DNA of 63,333 bases, the filler included, from Octopus bimaculoides (taxonomy: Eukaryota), in assembly GCF_001194135.2 (NCBI RefSeq). It is 7 parts of 6 records of this genome, joined end to end, with 100 filler letters (N's around TTAATTAATTAA, not from the genome) between each part and the next. Parts side by side here need not be neighbours in the genome. Positions count along the whole stretch, not along the records: positions 17,103 to 37,741 come from NC_068981.1; positions 37,842 to 50,439 come from NC_068996.1; 5 more parts are not named here. One strand, given 5' to 3'. A program made the translations under genes and the position numbers. The notes beneath the pieces were generated by a model. It worked only from the letters and a program-made list of their open reading frames with translations. It ran no database searches and was not told the DNA's origin. Below, piece by piece: positions 26,485 to 39,141 of the stretch (position 1 is the stretch's first letter; each line of letters begins with the position of its first letter).

Positions 26485-26975
26485 TACTCAAGAAATGTTG
26501 TGTAACGAGTCTGAAAAGAGGTAATGTACAGTCCCTGCCAGGTATAGAATTACCAAATAGGGGAGTAATTTAAAAGGAAGACCATAAGTATCTTTGCATA
26601 CTAGAGTTCAATGAAAGCATGGAGGAGGAAATGAAAGAAGTGCTGAAGAAAGTGTATTTCCGAAGATTACGATTGGTGTCGCGCTCAAAATAGATTGTAT
26701 GGAATAAATTCCAAGCAGTAAATACATGGGCGATAGCATCACTTACGTATGGAGCTGGAATCATAAACTGGCAAAAGAATAAACTGATGAGTATGGATAC
26801 AAAGATACAGAAATTATTGGCATAGCAAGGGAGGAGCATTCCATCCTAAGAGTGACAGTGACTGGTTGTACTTGTCCAAAAGAAAGAGTGAGAGAGGTTT
26901 GATCAATTGTCGCGATTGTATTGAATCAGAGAAAAATAGTTTAGGGTGGTAGTAAAAAATGCCGTGGAACCATTG
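26485..26975 (+). mobile_element. R4/Dong-clade LINE fragment (post-RT region)
   Basis: KKCCVTSLKRG, HKYLCILE, YFRRLRLV, AVNTWAIASLTYGAGIINW, FHPKSDSDWLYL, RGLINCRDCI. Confidence 0.8.
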
Positions 26976-27329
26976 TTTATACATTTGAATACCTCCGACA
27001 TATACTGTACGGCATCTTGGTCAAGTATCTTTTACCGTAACTTCAAGTCAACCTATATACCGAAAGCCCACCGATACTTTGCTCCTGTAATTAAAATGTC
27101 TAGCCTTATAACACATACTGTCACACTGTTTTTGCCTGAGAAGCAAATAAAGGTACACTTGTATTTGTAATATTAAGCCACTTAGACACCAAATTAAATG
27201 AGGAGGTGGTTCAATTGATCGAACAACCGAATATTCAGTATTCATTTTTATGCGTATATGTGTGTGTGTGTCAGTGATTTCCTTTTGTGAACCTCTATCA
27301 ACTTTTAATAGTTTCAGTCTTTGGAAACA

Positions 27330-27470
27330 CGCTGGGCCCTACCTTTAAGGGCTTAGTCGAAAAAATCGACACCAGTGCTTATTTTTTTAAAGCCTATTAG
27401 TATTCTATCGGTGTCTTTTACCCAACCGTTATATAACGGGCACGTAAAGAAACCAACATTGTCAAGCGGT
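27330..27470 (-). mobile_element. Degenerate SINE fragment
   Basis: Similar to 48560-48720 on the opposite strand. Confidence 0.45.
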
Positions 27471-27499
27471 GGTGAGGTGGGCACAAACATACACATATA

Positions 27500-28888
27500 T
27501 CAGGTCATCCCATAAGTTCTGTCCGAATTTTGAATGAAGAAAACTAGTGATCAAATGTCATATTTAATTGAAATTTAATCAATGTACTTTCCCTGATTAT
27601 CTGTAACTTCCTTCCGTCTATTTACAAGCTTTTTAATCCCATCAATGTAAAACTCTTTTGGTTTCGACCTCCTCCTGGCTTGCGAAAGTTAAGTCTCCCA
27701 GATGATTCTGTAAACTACGAAACAAATGGTAGTCTGAAGGAGCAAGGTCAGGAGAATAAGGTTGATGAAGAATTTTTTCCCGACCAAGCTCTTCGATCTT
27801 CTATGATGTGGTCTTTGCAGTGTGGGGTCGCGCATTGTCTTGATGAAACATCATACGTTTTCGATTCACTAAAGCGGGTCTTTTTTCTTCAAAGCTTGGT
27901 TCAAAAGCTCTAATTGCTGACAGTAGACTTGAGCATTATTTTTGCATTAGGTGGTAACAATTCAAAGTGAATTACTCCTTTGCAATCCCACCAGATAGAG
28001 AGAAGAACCTTTTGTCCCTGAAGTTCCCTTCTCGATTGTAGTTGAGCTTTTCCCTTTTACCAAGCCACTGTTTACGACGTTTAACATTTTGATAGAAGAT
28101 CCATTTTTCGTCACCGGTCACAAGTCTATCCAAAAAGGGTGAAATGAATTCGCGAGAATGGAGAGAAGAGTAGATGTCAAGTCGGGATTTGCGCTTGCTT
28201 TCGGACAATTCATGAAGCACCCATTTTCCAAGTTTAGGAACCTTTCCAAGTTGTTGATGACGATGAACAGTTGTATGGTTTGAACAAAGCTTTATTGCCA
28301 ATTCTTCAACTGATAATGCAGAATTTTCTTCAAGTAATGCCTCAAGGAGCTTATCATCAAACTCAACTGGNNNNNNNNNNNNNNNNNNNNNNNNNNNNNN
28401 NNNNNNNNNNNNNNNNNNNNNNNNNNNNNNNNNNNNNNNNNNNNNNNNNNNNNNNNNNNNNNNNNNNNNNNNNNNNNNCTCAACTGGACGTCCTGTTCGA
28501 TCTTCATCTTCAAGGCTGAAATCTCCACTTCTGAATTTTACAAACCATCTTCTGCAAGTTCTTTCATTCAAGCATTCTTTCCCATAAACTGAATGTATGT
28601 TTCGAGTCGCTTCGGCTGCTGAGTTTCCTTTTTTGTACTCATAAAGCATTATGTGCCTTAAATGCTCTCTGGGTACTTCCATGTTAGAAAGGGTTTTAAT
28701 CAAAGAAATTTTAATTCTATTTTTCTGTAAAATAATATTTAATTAGTTTATATGTACACAAATGCATAAAAATAATTTTTAATTTCATTAGACATGGAAT
28801 TAATATTCTATTAATATTCTAATATTCTATTAAATTTCATTCAATTTTAAAAAAGGTAAAATCGGACAGAACTTATGGGATGACCTAA
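27500..28888 (-). mobile_element. Mariner (DD34D) transposon, both TIRs, decayed transposase
   Basis: TIR TYAGGTCATCCCATAAGTTCTGTCCGA at both ends with TA flanks; HLRHIMLYEYKKG, WFVKFRSGDFSLEDEDRTGRP, LVTGDEKWIFY, HQDNARPH, YSPDLAPSDYHLF; frameshifts and stops. Confidence 0.95.
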
Positions 28889-28920
28889 TACATAAACATA
28901 TGTGTTTATGTGTATATATA

Positions 28921-29140
28921 CAAGGAGGTGCTGAAAAATTCCTGGCTTTAAGGGTGTCGCGGGAGGCTTGATTGGAGACCCAACCATCCGAGGTTTTTTT
29001 ACAGGGCTTCGAAAAATGCTGTAGGGCCGCCCCAATAAGTGTGTGATTCTGAGAGGGGAATATGTTGAATAAAATCATAATTAACTGATCCTCCTGTATT
29101 TTCTTTTACCCAAAGCCAAGAACTTTTCAGCACCCCTTCG
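28921..29140. mobile_element. Mariner-derived MITE
   Basis: TA|CAAGGAGGTGCTGAAAAATTCCTGGCTTT ... AAAGCCAAGAACTTTTCAGCACCCCTTCG; second copy at 54837-55053 in opposite orientation. Confidence 0.85.
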
Positions 29141-29199
29141 TGCGTACATGCATACATACATACATACATACATATATGACGGGGTTTTTTTTCATGAAA

Positions 29200-29338
29200 A
29201 AATTTCTATGCAATTCACTGCTAGGGCTTCGGTCGCCCTTGGACGACAGCAGAAGACACTACCACGCGGTAGAACTGAACTTAAGGTCGTCTGTTTGGGA
29301 AGCAAGCTTTTTAACTACATAGCTACTCTTGCGCCTAT
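29200..29338 (-). mobile_element. Degenerate CORE-type SINE
   Basis: Reverse complement resembles 50109-50270. Confidence 0.5.
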
Positions 29339-31069
29339 ACCACACAACCATGCATACGCTTACATCGAGGTATATGTAAGTTATGTATGTATGTATGTAT
29401 GTATGTATGTTTGTATGTATGTATGTATGTATGTATGTATGTATGTATCAGTGGCGTTGAGTGGTTATTGTTTCTTGAGGTAGGTTATTAGATCTGGAAG
29501 GAAACGACCAGAGTAATTTAATATCAATGTCCCGGCTATTAGGTCAACATTGTTATCTTAAATAATGAGTAATTGTGAGTGAAAACTTTCCTGTTTGTGA
29601 AATCATTTTCAAATTAGCGTTCTTTCGGAGATACTTTCCCAAATAGGTCGCTGGTGTTGGGATTACTTGATGTTTTTTTCTTGAAATATATATGAGTTAT
29701 TACAGCTGAAAAAAAATGTATCTATGAGTGCTATTCAACTCACCGATATTATATCCTACTTGAATTCAAAAATAGTAGCAAACTTTTGCATTGTTGTTTT
29801 TGTTGTCAATGTTGTTATTGTTCTCTTTCTTGCTCTTCTTCTCCTCTTTCTTCTCTTCCATGTTAACCCTGATAGAACAGATAACTCACCAGAGGCGTTC
29901 TATTGTAGTCACCATACAAGGGATAAGAAGTGGCTTTAAAATTTATGTGTCACCCCACACCCCGGTTTCTCTCTGTCAAAGTAAAAGCACAACACCTTAA
30001 TTACCTGAAAACACACAGGAGTGAAATATAGTTAGGTGCTTCATTTTACCTTCGTAATGTCATACATCCTGGGACATATTTTTCAATGCTATTCAGAATG
30101 GATCAAACACTTATAATTAAATACTTAAATGGAGGTGGTTACGAACTAAGTTAATAGGATGGTGAACAGAAGGTAACGCAAGTGAAGTAGGTCAAGAGAA
30201 GTAATGTCTATAGAGATGCAAGCGCGCGCACTAATTCAATGAGAAGCTAGTTCAGTTGATTGGACAACTGGATGCTCATCGTCTAAACTGTCGGATATCC
30301 ATTTATGGATCACACACACACACACACTAACACAAACGTGTTTGTCAGTGTTTTGTATGCATATGATCTATGTCTATTGTGGATTTGTAGAGGCATTTGT
30401 ACGTTTATATGCATGTCTCATTAAGTATAAAATGTATAGATATGTACATATTGAAGTCAGTACAGACACAGAAACATATGCTGAAATTTTCTTGTTTAGT
30501 ACAAGATACTTTTTTTTAGTAGATCAAACAATTTTCAGACGGTCTTTAACGTTGGTTCACAGTTTCCAAATATTTACCTGTTGTATGTAAGTAGTAGCCA
30601 ACATATAGAGACAGACAGAAAGGAAAGAAAAGAAAGAGAAAAGTTGAGTGCGATAGAATGAAAAGCGTTTGCTTTATCGTTATGTGAAATAAGCTCCTCT
30701 ACATATAAGTAGATTATGTAGAAACACACACACTAATGTGTATGTATATGTGTATATATATATNNNNNNNNNNNNNNNNNNNNNNNNNNNNNNNNNNNNN
30801 NNNNNNNNNNNNNNNNNNNNNNNNNNNNNNNNNNNNNNNNNNNNNNNNNNNNNNNNNNNNNNNNNNNNNNNNNNNNNNNNNNNNNNNNNNNNNNNNNNNN
30901 NNNNNNNNNNNNNNNNNNNNNNNNNNNNNNNNNNNNNNNNNNNNNNNNNNNNNNNNNNNNNNNNNNNNNNNNNNNNNNNNNNNNNNNNNNNNNNNNNNNN
31001 NNNNNNNNNNNNNNNNNNNNNNNNNNNNNNNNNNNNNNNNCCTCAGACCCAGACATCCACTATCCCTCG

Positions 31070-31189
31070 AGGTTTCTCAAAACCAGAAAGAAGAAAGTTT
31101 ATTCGAAGACTACAGATCCAATCCATTACTGGAACTGCAAAAATATGTAAAACTTTCCAGAAGTTTATCATTTAAATATATATGAGCAT
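31070..31189 (+). mobile_element. 3' ORF end of the R4/Dong family at 31595-33345
   Basis: Near-identical to 33057-33176 (FSKPERRK.IRRLQIQSIT..KICKTFQKFII*). Confidence 0.85.
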
Positions 31190-31422
31190 ACAGTTCTATA
31201 TTTGAAAGATGAGGAATTATGTACATTATTTACAATATTTACATTTGACGGATACTTGTCCTCATCTTGTTTGTTTTTAACACAAAGTTTTGGCTGATGT
31301 ACTCGCCAGCCTTCATCAGGTGTCCTGGGGAAATTTCGAACCTGGGTTCTCATTCCTAAGGTATTTTTCCGATGTTATTTATTATCATTATTATTGTTGT
31401 TGTTGTTGTTGTTGTTATTATT

Positions 31423-31512
<90 letters not shown>

Positions 31513-31597
31513 AATATTCAGGTCACTGCCCAGAATCGAACTCGGAATCTTGGGGTTAGTAGCCCGCGCTCTTAACCACTACACCATATGCCCGTGG
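31190..31597 (-). mobile_element. tRNA-headed SINE with internal microsatellite and hammerhead-bearing 3' region
   Basis: A box TGGTGTAGTGG (31576-31586), B box GAGTTCGATTC (31533-31543), internal (AAT/GAT/AAC)n, then a 3' body containing CTGATGA-stem-NAAA; second copy at 63059-63333. Confidence 0.8.
31279..31324 (-). ncRNA. Decayed minimal type-I hammerhead ribozyme motif
   Basis: GACAC-CTGATGA-A-GGCTG[gcgagtacat]CAGCC-AAAA-C-TTT-GTGTT; stems I and II pair, but the expected GAAA is AAAA and ACGT is ACTT. Confidence 0.5.
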
Positions 31598-33345
31598 ATG
31601 ACTTAAAAACTTTATGCAAAGAATATGCATGAGATGAAAAAGAGCCTTGACCTAGTTACAACATTCTCAAAGGATGTAGGGTTGGAGTTTGGTCAGGATA
31701 AATGATGCTATATGATTGTGAAAAGGGGGAAAACAGTAAACCAGGCTAGTAGCATCTCTGTCAATGATTTGACTGTTTCTCCTGCTTCTGACGAGGAATT
31801 TTACAGATATGTAGGGATGGATGAAAACATATCTTACAGTGGTACCTGTAACAAAACATGTGTCACTAAAGAATATTACAGCCGAATAAAGAAAATTTGG
31901 ACCTCAGAACTCTCTGCATTCAATAAAACAGTGGCCCACGATGTGTTTGCAGTGCCAGTACTCATACCAACATTTAGACTGCTTGATTGGATGCTTGATA
32001 AGATCCGAGCCATTGATGTGAAAACCCGAAAAATACTAACAAACACACATAATTTCCACATAAACAGTGCTATAGACAGCCTCTACCTAAAACGTAAACA
32101 AGGCGGCAGAGGCTTAACATCGATCCAAAATGCCTTTGAACGTCGCATCATATCCGTTCGGCAACATCTTTTAATTACCAAGTGTCGAAGTGCATCCATT
32201 GACCAAGTTTTTATACCTGAGGCTGATGACATCATAAGACTTGGAAGGCAGCTCCTTGAGCAACACTCTTTGTCTAGTAACCTAGAATACATGCCCAAAG
32301 AAGTCGCACGACTCTACCGCAACATATCACCAGATGAAAGGATGAGTCTATATGAGCAGAAGACTATGCATGGCACTGTTAGTAGAAAGCTCCGTGATGA
32401 TAGTAACATCGATCATCAAAGCAGTTTATCATGGACCAATATCCGGATTATTACCTCCCACTTTGAAGGGTATGCTTTTGCAATCCAGGAACAGGAAATA
32501 TCAACCAAGTTCCTGATGTACAAAAGGGATACAGATGCTGTAAAAGCCGTAAAATGTGACAACCGATGCAGACTTTGTGGAGTTCACATTGAAGATATCA
32601 CCCACATCATAAGCAGTTGTCGGAAAATGTCATCACGGTATTATCTACCGATGAGACATGACGTTGCAGCTAGGACATTCTATAATGAAATCCGTCGGAA
32701 AGATAATCCCGGGGACAAAGAAATAAAAAAATCACAATATGGTAGAAGCCATAGCCACTCATAATAAAAAGGAATACTGGTGGAATGTACCAGTGAAGAC
32801 CTCAATAAAATGTAAGCACAACAGACCTGATATAATGATTTGGGATAAAGAAGAGAAACTGTGTACAGTTATGGAAATTAGCTGCCCTGCGGATGTTAAC
32901 ATAAAACTGAAGATCAGTGAAAAAGAGACCACGATGATGAACTATTGAGAAATCTACAGTTACTCTATCCAGATTACAAGTTAAGGTTTATACCTGTAAT
33001 TACTGGGGCCCTGGGATATGTAACACACTGCCTAAATGTGAAACTTGAGAAATTAAGCTTCTCAAAACCAGAAAGAAGAAAGCTAATTCGAAGACTACAG
33101 ATCCAATCCATTACTGAAAGTGTAAAAATCTGTAAAACTTTCCAGAAGTTTATCATTTAAATATATATGAGCATGTCTATATATGTAACTCTACGCATAA
33201 AACAATCAAATCTGCACATATATACATACATACAAAAAAATACCCTGTTGTTGATGTTGAAATTCCAATGAAGGAACCCTGGATCTAGATTAGAAAGCGG
33301 TCCTTTATCTATTGGGAAGAAATCTTGAAATAAACTGAATGACAT
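31595..33345 (+). mobile_element. R4/Dong-clade RLE LINE, 5'-truncated, relatively intact
   Basis: Starts at DDLK(fs)LYAK; 350-aa open stretch with GGRGL, CRLCGVHIEDITHIISSC and RHD; then NRPDIMIWD..EISCPAD and FIPVITGALG; 3' UTR followed by (CATA)n. Confidence 0.92.
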
Positions 33346-33346
33346 G

Positions 33347-33368
33347 CATACATACATACATACATACA

Positions 33369-33397
<29 letters not shown>
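33347..33397. repeat. (CATA)n run at the LINE 3' junction
   Basis: Visible directly. Confidence 0.95.
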
Positions 33398-33399
<2 letters not shown>

Positions 33400-34526
33400 T
33401 GCAGGCTATTCTATGTTACGTCTATCGAAATCTAAGCTTTCAAAGTACATCTCGTAAATTTTCTGCTCACCTATTATATTTGTTTGAATAAATAAGTGTT
33501 TCCTGCCTATAAATGTTCGAGTAATGAGTGAGGAGAAGACATTGACTTGGGCAGAGACTTAGCCTTAGTCGAGTTGTATGATCATATTGATTTGAGTCAT
33601 GCTGGGGATATCATGTTCAGAAGCTGAATTTGAAATTTAATTACGCTATGTCATCACATTTCCTGACATAGAAGTTTATCGTATTATTGTTGTTATTGTT
33701 GTTGTGTAGTTTCGGCTTAACTGTTACTTAAGCCTATGACCAAAGGCTTTCCAGTCGTGACCATTCCGTATTTTACTTGGTCCAGTCTACCAAGTACAAC
33801 ATTAACTTATATGTCCTATTTTAAACAGTAGTGGCTGTTTTTTTCTTAAACTTAGCTGTTATTTCTAACAGTTTGAACTGCTACATAGCAGTCCTCTGGT
33901 GGACTTGGCATGGTGCTGCTTTATTCATTTATTTATCTATTCATTTATTTGGCTCTATAAGGTTAAATGATTTTCAGGCAAAATGATTCATAGTTTTTAA
34001 AATATCTCAAAGTATCTCTGAAACGTTTCTTATTGGATTTTCCAGTTTGCATTGTGTCTGTAAAATATTGTCGCTGCTGGCCATCGATAAAGAAAGTAAG
34101 GTAACAGAGTATAAATTGTAAATTATGCAGTCTGTAATGGCACACTATAACATTTCGCCAACTTACAAACTTAATTTTCGTTTATATACATTTAAAAGAA
34201 TACATATCAGACAAGGTCATCAGATACTTCCAAATCCATTTTATACAAAAGTACAATTATAATACCTTGTGTTTTCAGCAGTTATTTCTTGTAAGGGAGA
34301 TAAACATTTCAATATTAAACATAGTGAGATTGCATGTTTGAATTTTAAATTGATGAGTAACGATGATGATGCTCAGAATATACTTTTTCAGTTTTTCCTA
34401 TTCATTATAATCTTTTATAATTTATTGGAAAAGCCTAACAGGTTGTAAATATGTGATATCATATACATATAGTCTCATATTCATACATACATTCAAACAC
34501 ACACACATATAAATACGTATGTATGT

Positions 34527-34527
<1 letters not shown>

Positions 34528-34599
<72 letters not shown>

Positions 34600-34600
34600 C

Positions 34601-34637
<37 letters not shown>

Positions 34638-34672
34638 CATACATACATACATACATACATACATACATACAT
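34528..34672. repeat. (GATA)n/(CATA)n microsatellite
   Basis: Visible directly. Confidence 0.95.
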
Positions 34673-35100
34673 AATACATACATACATGCATACGTATATA
34701 CATATATACATACATATATACATAAACATACATATTTATTAAAAAAATATGTATTAAAATCATAAAGTGGTCAATGCAGTGCTCCAGCATGGCCGTAGCC
34801 AATGCCTGAAATAAGGAGAAGAAACTAAAAGAATATGATCTCCCGTTAGCATTCTAAATAGGTACTAAAGAATATATACAGACTGATACCAAATCATAAA
34901 CATAGATTATACACAAGGTATGTGGATGACACTACTTGTGATGGATAAACGGGAATATGTTGAACTATCGGAAACAGTGAAAAACACTTCATACAAACAT
35001 GTGCAAAAGTTCCAGCAAGAAACTAAAACTGGAGCATAGTCGTGTTGTGTTTTCAATACAAAATGTTAAAATGTTTAAAAGTTACACCCCATTATATATA

Positions 35101-36175
35101 TTTGGTTGTTTCACATGAAATGTATTTGAAAGGTAACAACAAAATGTTTCAGAAGTGTTAGATAACTGATTTATTCAATCAAAGTATGATCTATGTTCAT
35201 TTATGACGTTTACCCAGCGTTTCTCTATGCCATATATTCCATCTTTAAAAACAAATTCGTCTTTTGCTGTGATAAACTGTCCGAATGCTTCAATTACCTC
35301 TTCTCTATTTAAGAATGTTTTATTGCATATGAAAACTTCAAAATGCTTAAATAAGTGATGATCAGTAGGAGAGATATCAGAGCAACAGGGAGGATGTTGC
35401 AAAATCTCATAATTCAGGCTTTGCAACTTTTGGACAGTGAGTAGCTTGAGGAGTGTGAGGACGTACATTGTCGTGAAGCAAAATTGGGCCGACTCTATTC
35501 ACTAGTCTGGGTTGCTTCTTTTTCAAATTCTCATGCATACAATCAATTTCCTGGCAATACGATGTTGCTGTTACCGTTTTACCTTGTTGCAAGAATGAAT
35601 AATGAATAACTCCCTCCCCAGACCACCATACAGTGACCACTAACATTTTTAGGGTGCAATGGTGGGTTTGGGTAGTATTTAGATGACTCTCCTGCATCTA
35701 ATCACTGTCCTGTTCTCCTGCTGTTGTCAAAGAGTATCCATTTCTCATCACAAGTAATGATTTGATGCAAAAATGGTCTTTTTCCAGTCGAGGAAGCAAT
35801 AAGAAGCACACTTCGAGGCGTCTGTTTTTTTTTAATCTCGTTCAATTGATGTGGAACAAACCTATCTGTTTTCTTCACTTTTCCAATTTTTTACAGGTGT
35901 CCAAAAACAGTTGTGCGAGATGTTTGGAGTTCTGATGAAAGTTTTCGAACCTTGGTACTCGGATTTTGTTCAACCAAAGCATTAAATCCGTCATGTCGAA
36001 TAACTGATTTTGGCCAACCCTTGGTTTATTTTCAAGGCTATCATCTCCTGAACGAGAGATCTGGAACCATCTCTGAACAAAACCATTAGCAAAGGCCCAC
36101 TTGATATTCCGTAGAGCTTCTACGGCAGATTGACCCAGTTTGTGCTCATACGAGAAAATCACTCAACATAGTTGA
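35101..36175 (-). mobile_element. Second mariner (DD34D) element, decayed
   Basis: IFSYEHKLGQSAVEALRNI, VQRWFQ..RSGDDSLE, LVVTVWWSGEGVIHY, ILLHDNVRPH, SDISPTDHHLFK; one putative TIR at 35101. Confidence 0.88.
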
Positions 36176-36321
36176 TAACAGCAATAGCAACAACCACACG
36201 AACAGGACCGTACACACCAGGAACAACAGCAACAACAACGTCCGTCACAATAACAACATCAACAGCAACAACAGCAGCCACACATACAATGATAACAACA
36301 ATGGCAACAACAACACCTTAG

Positions 36322-37741
36322 AAAATCTCTTTTATAACCCAATTGACAAATCCTATGATATGACCCGAATCTATCCAACGGATTTACCTTTCAACAAAAG
36401 AGTATGCATCTCGCCATACACAGGTGATAAAACAGAAGCCATGATCTCTTTAGCTAGAAGCAGACTCAAGAAAACATTAACACGTTATATANNNNNNNNN
36501 NNNNNNNNNNNNNNNNNNNNNNNNNNNNNNNNNNNNNNNNNNNNNNNNNNNNNNNNNNNNNNNNNNNNNNNNNNNNNNNNNNNNNNNNNNNNNNNNNNNN
36601 NNNNNNNNNNNNNNNNNNNNNNNNNNNNNNNNNNNNNNNNNNNNNNNNNNNNNNNNNNNNNNNNNNNNNNNNNNNNNNNNNNNNNNNNNNNNNNNNNNNN
36701 NNNNNNNNNNNNNNNNNNNNNNNNNNNNNNNNNNNNNNNNNNNNNNNNNNNNNNNNNNNNNNNNNNNNNNNNNNNNNNNNNNNNNNNNNNNNNNNNNNNN
36801 NNNNNNNNNNNNNNNNNNNNNNNNNNNNNNNNNNNNNNNNNNNNNNNNNNNNNNNNNNNNNNNNNNNNNNNNNNNNNNNNNNNNNNNNNNNNNNNNNNNN
36901 NNNNNNNNNNNNNNNNNNNNNNNNNNNNNNNNNNNNNNNNNNNNNNNNNNNNNNNNNNNNNNNNNNNNNNNNNNNNNNNNNNNNNNNNNNNNNNNNNNNN
37001 NNNNNNNNNNNNNNNNNNNNNNNNNNNNNNNNNNNNNNNNNNNNNNNNNNNNNTGAAATTATTTCGGAAAGTGAAGTAACCTTCCGTGAAGTGAACACGA
37101 GGGAACTAGGCCTCCTCCTAAAGCTCGTTTATAATAATGAATACTTAGATCACCACGACCTAACTAGATTCTGCCCCACCAGGTCAGGACAGGGTAGACC
37201 ACCTACGATTACATCAGCTGCTAGAAAACCACCGCAGAGCGTTGGAATGGATGGAATACACCCACCCACGACCCAAAGGATAATATCCAAACACGAAAAA
37301 TGGTTGCACATGCTGTAGGTGCAAGTCTGAAGACCACCCTACAGAACCATATAGTTAAATTCAATGAAAAACTATACATGCAGGTCCAGGGAGCGGCTAT
37401 TGGTGTCAGTGTGGCTGGAGACGTGGCAAGCCTATTCATGACCTGGTGGGACAAAAAGCTGAAAACAACTCTCGAAGAACACTCAATAACACTCAAACTA
37501 TACGGGAGATATGTGGATGACATTAACATCGCAGTCAAAATACCATCAAACATTCAGATTGAAGAGAACGAGAAGATCGTGATGGAAAACATCCAGAATA
37601 TAGCTAATACAATACACCAGAGCATCAAGGTAACAATAGATTACCCAACAAGACACCTAAACATGAGACTCCCAGTACTTGACACAGAACTTTGGCTAGA
37701 AACAATTAATGACAAAGTTCAAATCCTCCACTCACATTATA
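36322..37741 (+). mobile_element. Penelope-like element RT fragment (Naiad-like), interrupted by gaps
   Basis: FNEKLYMQVQGAAIGVSVAGDVASLFMTWWD, YGRYVDDIN, TIDYPTRH..RLPVLDTELW; upstream VNTRELGLLL..FCPTRSGQGRPPTIT; one frameshift near 37225; open frame also at 36322-36491. Confidence 0.8.
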
Positions 37742-37785
37742 NNNNNNNNNNNNNNNNNNNNNNNNNNNNNNNNNNNNNNNNNNNN

Positions 37786-37797
37786 TTAATTAATTAA
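37786..37797. other. Artificial scaffold spacer TTAATTAATTAA
   Basis: Same N-flanked 12-mer. Confidence 0.95.
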
Positions 37798-37883
37798 NNN
37801 NNNNNNNNNNNNNNNNNNNNNNNNNNNNNNNNNNNNNNNNNTCTTCCATTTGTGTGAGCATGTGTGTGTAAATATATATATAA

Positions 37884-37940
<57 letters not shown>

Positions 37941-38076
37941 TGTACATATATAGATGTATATATAAACATATAATATATGTATTCATCATTTGTTATGCTT
38001 AGGAGCACAATGATATCTTAAATATATATAGCATGTATATATAAATGCATTCTAAACATCATTTTGTTTTACTTCA

Positions 38077-38127
<51 letters not shown>

Positions 38128-39030
38128 CACACACACATATATACACACATATATATGTACACATACACACACTTATGTGAATATGTGTATAAATAGGTAT
38201 TGCAATATAATAAATACATATATATATACATATATAAATATATATTGTGTGTGTGTTTATAAATGCATATGTATATACATATCTATAAATATATATAAAT
38301 ATATATATATTATATCCTATAATATAATACAGCACTTGTGTATGTAAATATATCTACTGAAAAATTTGCAGGATGCAACAAAAATTTTAGAAAAATAAAT
38401 AAGTTAATGAGTGGAAATTTTACCGGNNNNNNNNNNTACATACATATATATACTTATAAATATATATATATATGAGTCTGACGTGCCTCGAGAAAGAAAC
38501 ATTTATTTTTATTTTTTATATGTATACATACATACACACATATATGTTATATTAAATTACATATATATAATACATTGTGATTTAATATAATATAACATGT
38601 ATTTATATCCATATATATATGTGTGTGTGTGTGTGTGTAATGTATTATATTAGATTTTATATAAACAACATATATTTATATATATATATATATATATATA
38701 TGTACCAGTATGTATGTATATGTGTATATATATACATATATACATATAATATAATATGATATAATGTAACATGTTTGTGTGTATATATACATATACACAT
38801 GTTTGTCTGGGGGTGAGACAGTGCGATATATATGTTTGTATCTATTTCTGTATATATATGTAGATATATGCTATTTCTTTGGATATATTTAGTTTTATAA
38901 TTGGTTAAAATGCCACTCACTTTATGGTGTGTCCCTCCTCGTTATTTTCTTATACCTGTGGACAGAATATATTAAGGGATGATTTAATTGAGTGGGCTTA
39001 AAGAATAAGAGAGGGAAGAGAATGCAGGTA

Positions 39031-39141
<111 letters not shown>

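Noticed and set aside
31520-31597. tRNA gene
   Set aside because: It is a SINE head: A/B boxes are present but it runs into a microsatellite and SINE body, with no proper acceptor stem.
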